A stretch of DNA of 64,000 nucleotides from a virus, in the IMG/VR virus record IMGVR_UViG_3300037339_000405, positions 31,623-95,622 of that record; one strand, 5' to 3'. The stretch's first letter is position 1, and each line of letters opens with the position of its first letter. The notes under the pieces were generated by a model that searched no databases, was not told the DNA's origin, and worked only from the letters and a program-made list of their open reading frames with translations. Of this stretch, positions 19,354 to 28,873 are shown piece after piece. The position numbers and the translations under genes are program-made.

Positions 19354-21702
19354 TCAATCCAGTGTGAGCTTCTTCAGTTCCGCAAGATTCGACCCCACTT
19401 GGCAATCCACCTTGAAGGTCAGCTGAGGATGCCAGCCCACTTCATGGAACGGCAGATTCTCCATGATCTCCTTGGACAAGCGCGCGTAGTACTCAAAATT
19501 GTTCTCGGGGAAATAGAACAACAGCTGATCGTGCACCATGCCCCACACCGGCATCACGGGAAACAGTCTGCGCTGATCCACGATTGCCGTGGCCCACAAT
19601 GCCATGTCACTAAGGGTTCCCTGCACCGGGCTATTGATCGCCTGCCGCCCCGCCTTGCTGTTCATGTACCTGTCAGCGGAATGAATCAGCGGCAAATGCC
19701 GCACGCGCCCCAACGGGCTATAAACCTTGCTGTGCATGCGAGCGAAAGCCTTCTGCTCCTCATGCCACGGCCCCAGCCTACTATATAGGCTGAAGAAAGC
19801 ATCTCGGGCTACAGTAGCCTCCTCCAACGTCATCGCCACGCCATACACGTACCACGCGTAATCCTTGAAACCCTCGGCGCTCATTCCATACAGAAGCCCA
19901 AAATTACCCGCCTTAGCCTTCTGCCGGACCAACTCGAACAGCGCGGGATTGGTGCGCGCCAGTTCCAGAAACTGCTCAAAATTCTTGTACCCTGCAAGCT
20001 TGGCGCCGGTCATCGCATGCAAATCGATGCCCTTGCGATACGCAGACAGCATGGTGGGCTCCTCGGCCAGACACGCCGCGATGCGCAGTTCCCCTTGACT
20101 GTAATCATTGGACCCGATCAGCCAGCCTTTCGGCGCCACCAAGCAACGCCGGATCTTCCCGGCCCACTTGGTGTGCTTGGGCACCGTCTGCCCGGGTGGG
20201 TCCTTGACACTGATGCGCCCGGTATTGGTCCCTCCCGCCGATTCATGATCATCCCCAGCGAACAGGAAATGCGTCGGATGAAACCGGCCATCGGAACGCA
20301 GATGTTCCAAGAAGCCAGTGACATAGGTGTTCAGTGTCTTGGTGGCCTCACCGTACTCATCCAGCAGCTTGATAAACGGCCCTGCCTCCTCGTGCTCGCT
20401 GAACATCTCCAGATGTTTCATCGCCGTGGAGGGCTTGTTGGTCTGCGCTGTCTTCATCTTGGGGCGCAGGTTGAACCCCGTGGGACTGAACATCACATCG
20501 TGCAGGAAGCTTGGCTTGGTGAGATTGATCTCCCCGTCTTTATCGGTGTGCCGCAGAATCAAGCGCGGGCTCACCATCGACTTCACCTCTTCAGTCTTCT
20601 TGGCGATAAACGCGCGCACGTCGGCCTCAAGCTCACGATAGGCTTCGCGGTCCACACACCAGCCTACCCGTTCAACCTTCTCGTAAGCGCGTGCAGCCGG
20701 ATGCAGAATCGTGGTGTAGAAACGAGCCAGCCTAGGCTCCTGCAGCAACTCCTGCCTGAGTGGCTCTATGACGCGGTAACAAGCATCTGTGTCGCCGCCG
20801 GCATACATCAGAAACCGGTCAGGATCTGCAGCTAGCGCAAGATCCATGCGTGACTTGTCCACCATACGGTTGAAGCCATCATCGTAGCCGCCAAGATCCG
20901 TGTATATCTTAGCGTGCACGTTGAGACTGTTGCTGCGATTCTCATCCACCAGTGAACCTACGAGCATGGTATCCATGCGAAACGTGGTGCACTCGGTGAT
21001 CAGCCACAGCTTGGCAATCCAGTTCAAATCAAACTTGAGATTGGCGCCATACAACGCCACGCGCGGGTCAGTGAGTATGAAATTGAAGTCGGCGCGCAGC
21101 CCCCACCCGATGCGCCGGCACGCCTTGCGATTAGCGAACTTGACCGCATCAGCCGTGCCTGCCTTGACAGTAACCTGCGCACTGACGATGTACCCAAGTG
21201 GATTGTAGGGGTCAACTCCCCGTGTTTCCAGATCCAGAGTGGTACGCACCGGTTTGCCCGTGCGTGCAAACTCGGCCTTGATGAAATCAATTGCATCGGT
21301 GAAATCTTCCACCCAGCGGTACTGACCCATAGGTGGTATGACAGTGCCCGTGTGCACCAGCCTGATCGCCGTGCGCACGTCCATCATGGTGTCCACCGCC
21401 AACGCGTGGTCCACATCGATGATCTGTGCCGCATAGGTCAACAGGCATTGCGCCCCACACGGCAGCGCAATCGGCTGCGTGCGCAGGCTGCCTATCGTGC
21501 GGTTACGCGGCTTGATTACCCCTGCGTCAGAGATCAACTGACGCGCGTTAGCGCCCATGGCAAGCACCACGTCTCCCGTACCAAACTCAGGGAGGTGATC
21601 GCCTACGGACTCGAATCTATGTGGAGTGCTGGTCCCACTCAACGCTGGGGCCACCACCTTCTTCAGGTGGTGCGGCGTATCCGGGGTCCACACTATGAGC
21701 AT
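19354..21702 (-). CDS. polA: DNA polymerase, family A, with 3'-5' exonuclease
   Basis: Exo motifs DLETRG, NLKFD, YAGGD; polymerase motifs DYSQGELR, RQKAKAGNFGLLYG, VHDQ; start reassigned to MLIVW. Confidence 0.95.
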   Translation of the reverse strand: MLIVWTPDTPHHLKKVVAPALSGTSTPHRFESVGDHLPEFGTGDVVLAMGANARQLISDAGVIKPRNRTIGSLRTQPIALPCGAQCLLTYAAQIIDVDHALAVDTMMDVRTAIRLVHTGTVIPPMGQYRWVEDFTDAIDFIKAEFARTGKPVRTTLDLETRGVDPYNPLGYIVSAQVTVKAGTADAVKFANRKACRRIGWGLRADFNFILTDPRVALYGANLKFDLNWIAKLWLITECTTFRMDTMLVGSLVDENRSNSLNVHAKIYTDLGGYDDGFNRMVDKSRMDLALAADPDRFLMYAGGDTDACYRVIEPLRQELLQEPRLARFYTTILHPAARAYEKVERVGWCVDREAYRELEADVRAFIAKKTEEVKSMVSPRLILRHTDKDGEINLTKPSFLHDVMFSPTGFNLRPKMKTAQTNKPSTAMKHLEMFSEHEEAGPFIKLLDEYGEATKTLNTYVTGFLEHLRSDGRFHPTHFLFAGDDHESAGGTNTGRISVKDPPGQTVPKHTKWAGKIRRCLVAPKGWLIGSNDYSQGELRIAACLAEEPTMLSAYRKGIDLHAMTGAKLAGYKNFEQFLELARTNPALFELVRQKAKAGNFGLLYGMSAEGFKDYAWYVYGVAMTLEEATVARDAFFSLYSRLGPWHEEQKAFARMHSKVYSPLGRVRHLPLIHSADRYMNSKAGRQAINSPVQGTLSDMALWATAIVDQRRLFPVMPVWGMVHDQLLFYFPENNFEYYARLSKEIMENLPFHEVGWHPQLTFKVDCQVGSNLAELKKLTLD

Positions 21703-22177
21703 CGTCAATCCTCTTCCACTTCTTCTTGATGTACTCGTAATGTGCCAGCAGACACTGCGGCACTTTCCAGATGATGTTGCGGTATATGTCGGCAAGCGAG
21801 CGATTCGTTATGTCCCGATGCCCAGACAGGAACATGCCCCCTTCAGGAAACACGGCGTCACTGTCCCGGATTTTAGCGCCGTCCAACACCAACACGGACT
21901 GACGATCAGTAGCCTTACTGTGCACGACCAACAGAAACAAATCCACGCCCACATGCACCAGCATCCATAGTTGGGACCCAAGAATACTGGAAGCCTTTAC
22001 CATCAACGTAAACTCCAAGTCTACCTCTCCCGGAAGGCTCTCCATCTGCACAGTAAGCGCCCCTGAGATCGGCAAGCTCACAGCACCTACATTCAGCTGA
22101 TTGCGATCCACCGTCAACGGCATCTGCAAAACGTCAGACATCTTCTTAATGTGCTCTAGGATCACAGGAGTGCTCAT
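21617..22177 (-). CDS. hypothetical protein
   Basis: Tiles with neighbouring genes; no recognised motif. Confidence 0.5.
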   Translation of the reverse strand: MSTPVILEHIKKMSDVLQMPLTVDRNQLNVGAVSLPISGALTVQMESLPGEVDLEFTLMVKASSILGSQLWMLVHVGVDLFLLVVHSKATDRQSVLVLDGAKIRDSDAVFPEGGMFLSGHRDITNRSLADIYRNIIWKVPQCLLAHYEYIKKKWKRIDDAHSVDPGYAAPPEEGGGPSVEWDQHST

Positions 22178-22358
22178 GCCTTCACCACACGCGTGTGCTT
22201 GCCGATCTTCACGCCCATGTAGATCACGTCATAGTGCAACAGCTTGCCACCCGGCACCGCCACACTCTCTTCCTCCAAACACGGCACCAGAATCACCGGC
22301 TCAGGGCTCAGCCCGAGAAACAACGGACCCAAAACAATAGTGTCTTCTTTTCGCACGG

Positions 22359-23195
22359 CTACCCGTGGCATAGCTGGCGCAACTTCTTCATGGACGGCAT
22401 CGGGGTATCAAATTCAACCCCGCTGCCCACCAATACGGCACCGAGAATCTTGTCCACCGGAGCCTTCTCGGTAGCATCAAAATGCCCACTCAAGTATTTA
22501 CCACCGCCGCTCCCATGGCCGACCGCTACCTTCTTCCAATCTTGCGCATCGAAGTCCCCTTCAACACGCACACTCAGCCGGGCACCTCCCAACTTAGCAG
22601 CAACAGCTACTAAAGGCGCCGTTGCCATGGCCACAACGTAGTAGTAACTTTCCGGAGACGTGCCCAGCACTTTCTGATACAGGTGCTGCGCTTGCGCAAG
22701 CTTGACCGGCTGATAGTTCTCAGTGGAAACGTAAGCCTTCTCTACTGCAGACGCCGCAGCTGTTAGGCCAACACTGATACCGCTTCCATCCTCTTTTTTG
22801 ATAGCCTGTACTACGGACTCATCATCAGAAAGAATGTTTTTGATTGAAGACAGCACAGCCTTCTCAACCCCCGTTGGGTTAAAAACAGCCTGCACCGGGA
22901 GGGTCGCCTGTTTATGCACTAGGTTTACGAGAAGCTTGGAGATCACCGGCACCAGAGAAAGAACCACAGTCTTACTGGCCTGCCCGGCAAGGTAATCCAT
23001 AATGCTAAATCCGAGAGAGATCCCCGCCGGCACACTGGAGCCTTGCAGTGCCTTGAATTCAAGCCCATCCGGTAGCACTAGTTCAACAGAAATGCCGTGA
23101 TCCTTGGCAGACTGGATCAACTCCCCGTCAACCCCAAATTTATGCAGTAGCTCCCACGGGTTACTCAGACTCTTAACTTTCAGTTTGATCGCCAT
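22359..23195 (-). CDS. hypothetical protein
   Basis: Start MAIKLK with GGAG RBS, behind a TTGACA-N16-TACCAT promoter. Confidence 0.6.
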   Translation of the reverse strand: MAIKLKVKSLSNPWELLHKFGVDGELIQSAKDHGISVELVLPDGLEFKALQGSSVPAGISLGFSIMDYLAGQASKTVVLSLVPVISKLLVNLVHKQATLPVQAVFNPTGVEKAVLSSIKNILSDDESVVQAIKKEDGSGISVGLTAAASAVEKAYVSTENYQPVKLAQAQHLYQKVLGTSPESYYYVVAMATAPLVAVAAKLGGARLSVRVEGDFDAQDWKKVAVGHGSGGGKYLSGHFDATEKAPVDKILGAVLVGSGVEFDTPMPSMKKLRQLCHG

Positions 23196-23248
23196 TGTCC
23201 CGCACTCCGTTGCTCCATATGAGTATGGTACTACATCTGGCTCAAATG

Positions 23249-23905
23249 TCAACCCCAGATGGATAGCTTACTAGTCTCCTCCGGAGTGCACTTGTCTAGC
23301 GCCAGCCGCCGAGCGGCAGCACTAGGCTGATTGAGGGTGAAATCTTTCAAATAGGAATACGGCCCCATGCGCACCGAATCCAACTCACGGTTGATCTCCT
23401 TAACACTGGCGCGGCTTCCCAGTACGTCTTTGGCCCCATAGTTCTTGACTAGGAAATCAACCTGAGCCCGAGACTCCACAGCGCGTGAACAATAGTTCTC
23501 CCGCACCCAGCCAATCGGGTCCACCTCCTTGTTCATGATGAACACCAGCGCCGCCAACACCATGCCTGTGCGGCCATGCCCGCCTAAACATCCCACGTGC
23601 ACCCGCTTGCCCTGACGCAATAGCTCGGCCAGCCATTCAATCATCTTGCGGAACTCTGTCAGGTTCTTTGGCGCCTGCATGTCAGAGATTCCAAAGAACA
23701 CAAAGACCGGCCCACTCTGCGCATGATTCCACGGATACATGCTCGGATGGCTCGCGGTACCCCAGTCCAGCGACACATACACGTCCAACTCGTCTTTCGG
23801 GTCTGCCGCGATACCACCATGGAACTCACCCGCCCCCAGCTTGACTACCGGATGCGAATGCGCACACCTGCTCTTGTCCTTTCCGAATCCCAATCCGAAC
23901 TTCAT
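23249..23905 (-). CDS. Cys-based protein tyrosine / dual-specificity phosphatase
   Basis: CX5R loop HVGCLGGHGRTG, upstream ISDM (general acid), downstream AVES..Q. Confidence 0.88.
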   Translation of the reverse strand: MKFGLGFGKDKSRCAHSHPVVKLGAGEFHGGIAADPKDELDVYVSLDWGTASHPSMYPWNHAQSGPVFVFFGISDMQAPKNLTEFRKMIEWLAELLRQGKRVHVGCLGGHGRTGMVLAALVFIMNKEVDPIGWVRENYCSRAVESRAQVDFLVKNYGAKDVLGSRASVKEINRELDSVRMGPYSYLKDFTLNQPSAAARRLALDKCTPEETSKLSIWG

Positions 23906-24981
23906 GCCACCGGCCTCTCTGTCACGTAAGCGTAATCTGTGCCATTCACGAAAAACTTCTTGTTCTCCAGCAAAGCCTCCTGCAACAGCTTGGCTGCCTG
24001 CGCCTGTTCGTGCTTTGCGGCAAAACTACTAATCCCATGCTTAGCCACCTGCTTAGTCTTCTCCGCTGCATAATGACCGACTGCCCCAAGAGCTTCCACA
24101 GCAAACCAGTCCACATACCCGTTGAATCCTTCCACTCCTGCAGCCTGAGCACAATTAAATGCTGTTAACACCCTCGGGCTCATCCAGTAGGAATACGCAG
24201 GTACGTTTGCATTTTTCGAGTCATTGACCAACTCTGGAACCTGACCAGAGCGCTGCACGTCCAGAATCTTGCGCAGAACAAGGTTGTTCTGCGCCACCAC
24301 GAACATGCCCTTGTTGAAGATAGGTCCACCGTTGTGGACAAGGGTAAACACGGTATCCAGCAGGATCTCCGCGCTGATCTCCCCGAACACGTACTTACGC
24401 AGCGTCTCAGCAACGCTGCCCCACTTGTGCCCACCAAAGGACCCCGAAAAATTGGCATTGAAAAATAGATCGGTAACCCCCGCCACATACGGACCTAGGC
24501 ACATGTCCGGTGGCGTCTGCAAAAAATACTCCGCCGTGTTTTCACTCCCCAATCCTCGGATATTACAATTGAACGCTTCAAAAGTATTTCCGTACTTCAT
24601 ACATACGTCATGGCGCGTGGTGTTGTGGTACGCATGACGAGACTCGCGCGTAATGATCAACAGCAAATAGTTGATCATGTACCGTGCAATAAGATTGGCC
24701 TGTATCACGTAGTCTTCACAAATGGCGCACTCTGCTGCCGTGAGAGGCATATGCTGATCACGCTTGGCAGCTATCTTGGCGAAGGCGTGGTTCAACATGT
24801 AGAAACACACCGCAGCTTCATCTGGATTGATCCACTGGCCTGCCGCGCCATAGCTACTCCTGAAGTGCCGCACGGCCCCTGCGACCGCCGGCACACGAGA
24901 ATCCTCTACGCTGCGTTTCATGAACAGGGGCCGGGATCTGAACCCTGCTATCGTGTCCTGTCGCTGGTGATACATCCGCAC
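23902..24981 (-). CDS. hypothetical protein (359 aa) between the two phosphatases
   Basis: Long ORF; ESRH, FGG.KW and HN.G..FNKG segments look like conserved motifs; function unknown. Confidence 0.6.
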   Translation of the reverse strand: MRMYHQRQDTIAGFRSRPLFMKRSVEDSRVPAVAGAVRHFRSSYGAAGQWINPDEAAVCFYMLNHAFAKIAAKRDQHMPLTAAECAICEDYVIQANLIARYMINYLLLIITRESRHAYHNTTRHDVCMKYGNTFEAFNCNIRGLGSENTAEYFLQTPPDMCLGPYVAGVTDLFFNANFSGSFGGHKWGSVAETLRKYVFGEISAEILLDTVFTLVHNGGPIFNKGMFVVAQNNLVLRKILDVQRSGQVPELVNDSKNANVPAYSYWMSPRVLTAFNCAQAAGVEGFNGYVDWFAVEALGAVGHYAAEKTKQVAKHGISSFAAKHEQAQAAKLLQEALLENKKFFVNGTDYAYVTERPVA

Positions 24982-25012
24982 TCCGTTGCAGTTGATTGCA
25001 TCAGACTACATA

Positions 25013-25549
25013 CTACACCAGATCAGCTAGGATTGTCAATCCACGATCACGCAGCCATAGCTTGAGACGCAGCTTGCGAAGGCCCCACTTCATAAGCTCC
25101 ATCGGAAAATCCCTCACGTAGATTTCCTGCTCAGGGGTCTCCACCGCCGCCGGCCGAAACGACTGCCTAACGTATTCAACCGGAGTGGGCTCACCACAAG
25201 CCCGCGCCAGAAGCGCTAGGAAGGTCCCAGTGCGCCCCAGACCCCCAAGGCACCCCACGAACACCTGCTGCCCATCAATCGCCCTGCGCAGGGCCTGAAG
25301 GATCGTACAAGCCATGTGGTCAGGATCGGACGGAATCCCCATATCCCTGATAGGCACTTCAGCATCTGACGCCTTGGGCTCCTCCGGAGCAAGCTTGATC
25401 ATCCAAACCCCACTCAACGGGGTAGGACCACTCTTGTAAGGCCCTCCCCAAAGCCGCAGCTTGGCGCTGCCAAACATTACATCCATCGGGAAGGCTACAC
25501 CCCCCGCTAGGACCCTAGCCCTATTGGGAGGGGATTGCACCTTTGCCAT
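25013..25549 (-). CDS. Cys-based protein tyrosine / dual-specificity phosphatase (second copy)
   Basis: VGCLGGLGRTG loop, PIRDMG.P, AVETPEQ. Confidence 0.88.
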   Translation of the reverse strand: MAKVQSPPNRARVLAGGVAFPMDVMFGSAKLRLWGGPYKSGPTPLSGVWMIKLAPEEPKASDAEVPIRDMGIPSDPDHMACTILQALRRAIDGQQVFVGCLGGLGRTGTFLALLARACGEPTPVEYVRQSFRPAAVETPEQEIYVRDFPMELMKWGLRKLRLKLWLRDRGLTILADLV

Positions 25550-25955
25550 TGCCGGACTCCTTTCCTAACTGGCACATTGGACAGTATATCATCCGACTGA
25601 CCAACCCTTCGTCACAAAAGTCGCAGCCGTCACCATTACAGTTCTCACAGCCGTCAAACACGGCCAGCTTCCCTAGATCCCGACAGGTTTTACACGTGTA
25701 CCCGGGAGCCCAGCCATCAACCACCTTCAGATCCATCACACGATTCCCCTCCACTCTGAAGAGAAATTCGTGCCATCGGCGGTTGCCCTCCGGATGTGTA
25801 ACCCGGGCTGAAGCAACTACCGCAGATTGCAACTGGCCTGCGTCCAACCCAAATTCTTTAGCCCGGCGCAGCAGATGCAAAGGTATCGTAAAGCCCCGCT
25901 TTGCGTAGAGCATACAGCGATTCTCGCAGAATCTTGATCTCCCGTGGGGCTTCAA
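25521..25955 (-). CDS. hypothetical protein with C-terminal CxxCxGxG zinc-finger repeats
   Basis: CKTC, CENCNGDGCDFC, CPMC; true start uncertain. Confidence 0.55.
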   Translation of the reverse strand: MKPHGRSRFCENRCMLYAKRGFTIPLHLLRRAKEFGLDAGQLQSAVVASARVTHPEGNRRWHEFLFRVEGNRVMDLKVVDGWAPGYTCKTCRDLGKLAVFDGCENCNGDGCDFCDEGLVSRMIYCPMCQLGKESGNGKGAIPSQ

Positions 25956-26205
25956 TCAGCAGTCTGGCCAAGACAGACTCGTTGGGCCTTGGATCACCAC
26001 TTGACTTGTAAACCCGCTCCCTCGGCCTGCCCATGCTGATGAATACGCCGGGGTACACCTCCACCGACTCTTTATCAGTGATCGTGTAGAACGCGGGACC
26101 ACACTTCAGAATCGCGTGCTCATGCCCTTTCAACAGCACCACGTGCACTTCTTCATCATCAAGATAGAGTTTGTCTCCCTCATGAATTCCTAGAGCGAGT
26201 GCCAC
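25858..26205 (-). CDS. CsrA/RsmA-like protein with internal insertion
   Basis: N-terminal ALALGIHEGDKLYLDD and C-terminal RLLIEAPREIKILRESLY resemble the CsrA termini. Confidence 0.55.
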   Translation of the reverse strand: MALALGIHEGDKLYLDDEEVHVVLLKGHEHAILKCGPAFYTITDKESVEVYPGVFISMGRPRERVYKSSGDPRPNESVLARLLIEAPREIKILRESLYALRKAGLYDTFASAAPG

Positions 26206-26650
26206 GGCGGGCTCCTTTGGAAAAGATCAAACGATGCGCAGCTTGGGTCAGAGACCATGTGCTACCACCCGACACTCCTTTACGGGCTTGCACAACCATA
26301 ACCAACCCTCGAATGCGCAGCACAGTCAACTGGGACGCCACTTCACTTGGCGTATGCTTGTCGCGCCGCCGCAAGTTTAGCATTTCGGTGATCTCGCCGG
26401 TAGTCGCCGCCTCCAACGCTGCCAGCTGCATGATGCACCGATGCAGATTGCTGCCAGCTTCCGGCAGCCGCACCTGCATGCTGGTGTCAAAATGCTCGAT
26501 GATCATCTCTTTCAGTCTAGTCTGGACCACGCGACGATACCCACAGAGACATCGCAGCCACACGTCCTGATGGTCTCGCTGAAACCACGCAGACAAACTT
26601 AAGCACTTCGGGCACTCTACTTTTTCCCGCATGCCATCCGCAGTCCCCAT
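26180..26650 (-). CDS. Zn-ribbon + winged-HTH putative transcription regulator
   Basis: CPKC..CLCG ribbon; TTGEI...SEVASQL..L..RGLV...GGSTW wHTH. Confidence 0.65.
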   Translation of the reverse strand: MGTADGMREKVECPKCLSLSAWFQRDHQDVWLRCLCGYRRVVQTRLKEMIIEHFDTSMQVRLPEAGSNLHRCIMQLAALEAATTGEITEMLNLRRRDKHTPSEVASQLTVLRIRGLVMVVQARKGVSGGSTWSLTQAAHRLIFSKGARRGTRSRNS

Positions 26651-26683
26651 GGGACCCGGATTGTAACCCGCTCCTTTTTGCAG

Positions 26684-28873
26684 TCAACTGCACGAGAGCA
26701 CCGATGTGGCCAATTGCCTACGCGACACGCCCACCGTAACCACCGACGCATACTTTCCTTTGGGCAACCCTCTCGCGGGGGAAAACAACGTCAGCTGCTC
26801 GGCAGCACTCTGCTTCAGTTCCAGTACTTTAGTAAGGGCGCGCGGATCAAATTTCACACCGCCCTCTTGGTAGTCAAGCCACACCAATCCAGTCTGACTC
26901 ACAAGAGATCCAATATCCTCCACCACGTCCATCACGCGATACCCCATGGCACTCAGTTTCGCAACCAGCGGAGGCGTGAGCAGATCGTGCGGCAGAATCC
27001 AGAAATTCTTCACCGGGTGACTTTTGGCGAACTCAATCAGAAACTCAATCTTCTTTATGAACACGTGCACTGAATTCGGCAGAATCTTAGGCTCCAGTGT
27101 CTGCAACAGATCGTAGTCACCACCACCGTTAACTTGCAAGCACAACAGAGTCATATCAATCACCATGGTGCGATTGCCAGCAGCCTTCAGCACCTCCAGA
27201 AAATTCGTGCCCCGGAACCCGTCGATCTCCATAGCATATGAAGCAAAAAGCACCTTGTCACCTGCTGCAGCCACTTCAGCTGCATTGGTGCACGTCTCGA
27301 ATACGCCATACCGGGTGAACAGCATCGAATAAAACTTGTCCACCTCACTACTCATGCCTGCCAACACCGGAACCTCAATATCCACCCACACGCGCCCAGT
27401 GTCACCGCACAGTGTCACCTTGCTACCCTTAGTGATCGCGCTTATGTCACCGCATCCCACCACGCACGGCAGATTCATATCACGCGCAACCACAGCAGCG
27501 TGCGCTGTTGAACCCCCAGTGCGGGTGACGATCCCGCGCGCTGCGCGCATACCCTTGATATCGTCGGGGTTGGTTTCGTCAGTGACCAGAATCACGCCTT
27601 CAGCACTCCTCTGCTCAGCTTCTTTGGAAGAGAAAACCGCGAACCCCGTTGCTACGCCACCGGAAGCAGCAATACCCTTCAAGGTCTCCTTGCCAGTGAA
27701 CGATGCCGGGATAACAGGCTTGGCAGCCTCAAACAACTGTGCAAGTGTCACGTGTTTGACTGCCATATCCAGATCGATCAGATTGGACGCCGCCATCTCA
27801 GTAGCGATACGCAGCGCAGCCCTCGCAGTACGCTTGGCAGCACGGGTCTGCAACACATAGGTGAGCCCTTTCTCTACAGTAAGCTCCACATCCTGTGCAT
27901 CACCGTTGAAAGCCTCCAATTTCTTGACCGTGGTGAACACTTCTTCCGCCACGTACTGATCCCACACGGCTAGCTGATCGATTGGCATGGGAGTCTTGAT
28001 GCCCGCCACCACATCCTCTCCCTGTGCCATCGGAAGAAACTCCCCCACCACTTTGTTTTCGCCGGTAGAAGGATCACGCGAGAATGCGACCACGGTACAG
28101 CTGTTCACGTCCAAATTGCCGAAAACCATCTGCTGGATCACCACCGCCGTGCCAAGATCATGCGGGATGCCATTCATATCACGGTAGACTTTTGCGCGCT
28201 CGTTACCCCAACTGGCGAACACCGCGCATATGGACTGAATCAACTGGCCCTTAGCCTTCGGAAATTTCTGGCCGGTCTCCTTCTCGAAAAGCTTGAAGCG
28301 CTCGCGCAACCCAAGGTTCTGAAACTTGTGGCGCTCGATGCCGAATACCACACTGCCGAACATCTCAACCAGCTTGCCACGCACTTCGTCAGCGCAACTC
28401 TGCCCCAAACTGGCTCTCCAATGACTAGCGTTGGTTTCATCGATGCCCACGTTGAGAATTGTGTCCATCATGCCGGGCATAGAAAACTTGGCGCCGCTAC
28501 GCACGCTCACCAGCGGCATCACGTCACCCACCCCCTGCATGGTATTGATTATTTGCGGCAGCAGTTCGTTGAGAAGTGAGACTACCGCATCAGGGTCCTG
28601 CATATAGAGCTTGCAGGCCGTCACCGGAATGATTATGGCAGGAGGAACTCGAAACCCAGCCCGGTGCATACGCACCAGACCGTAACCCTTACCCCCAAGT
28701 AAATCCAGATCCTCGGGAGCGTTATCCAACGTGTAGAACGGGAGCCCTTGCATCTCGCACTCCTTTGCCAGACCCATGCCTGCAATGATACCAGATTGGT
28801 ACTGCTTGTCAAGCTCCTCCGCGTAAGCCTGCTGCCATGATTTAAGTGACGCCGGCAGCTTCTTCTTGACCAC
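26684..28873 (-). CDS. PPDK-like dikinase: ATP-grasp + phospho-His swivel domain + unrecognised C-terminal domain
   Basis: LLGGKG, LVSVRSGAKFSMPGMMDT.LN, AQGEDVVAG, QDVE.T, LQTR, GGSTAHAAVVAR; no pyruvate-binding TIM-barrel motifs seen. Confidence 0.88.
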   Translation of the reverse strand: MVKKKLPASLKSWQQAYAEELDKQYQSGIIAGMGLAKECEMQGLPFYTLDNAPEDLDLLGGKGYGLVRMHRAGFRVPPAIIIPVTACKLYMQDPDAVVSLLNELLPQIINTMQGVGDVMPLVSVRSGAKFSMPGMMDTILNVGIDETNASHWRASLGQSCADEVRGKLVEMFGSVVFGIERHKFQNLGLRERFKLFEKETGQKFPKAKGQLIQSICAVFASWGNERAKVYRDMNGIPHDLGTAVVIQQMVFGNLDVNSCTVVAFSRDPSTGENKVVGEFLPMAQGEDVVAGIKTPMPIDQLAVWDQYVAEEVFTTVKKLEAFNGDAQDVELTVEKGLTYVLQTRAAKRTARAALRIATEMAASNLIDLDMAVKHVTLAQLFEAAKPVIPASFTGKETLKGIAASGGVATGFAVFSSKEAEQRSAEGVILVTDETNPDDIKGMRAARGIVTRTGGSTAHAAVVARDMNLPCVVGCGDISAITKGSKVTLCGDTGRVWVDIEVPVLAGMSSEVDKFYSMLFTRYGVFETCTNAAEVAAAGDKVLFASYAMEIDGFRGTNFLEVLKAAGNRTMVIDMTLLCLQVNGGGDYDLLQTLEPKILPNSVHVFIKKIEFLIEFAKSHPVKNFWILPHDLLTPPLVAKLSAMGYRVMDVVEDIGSLVSQTGLVWLDYQEGGVKFDPRALTKVLELKQSAAEQLTLFSPARGLPKGKYASVVTVGVSRRQLATSVLSCS

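Noticed and set aside
26684-28873. Bona fide pyruvate phosphate dikinase auxiliary metabolic gene
   Set aside because: Pyruvate-binding C-terminal domain motifs were not found
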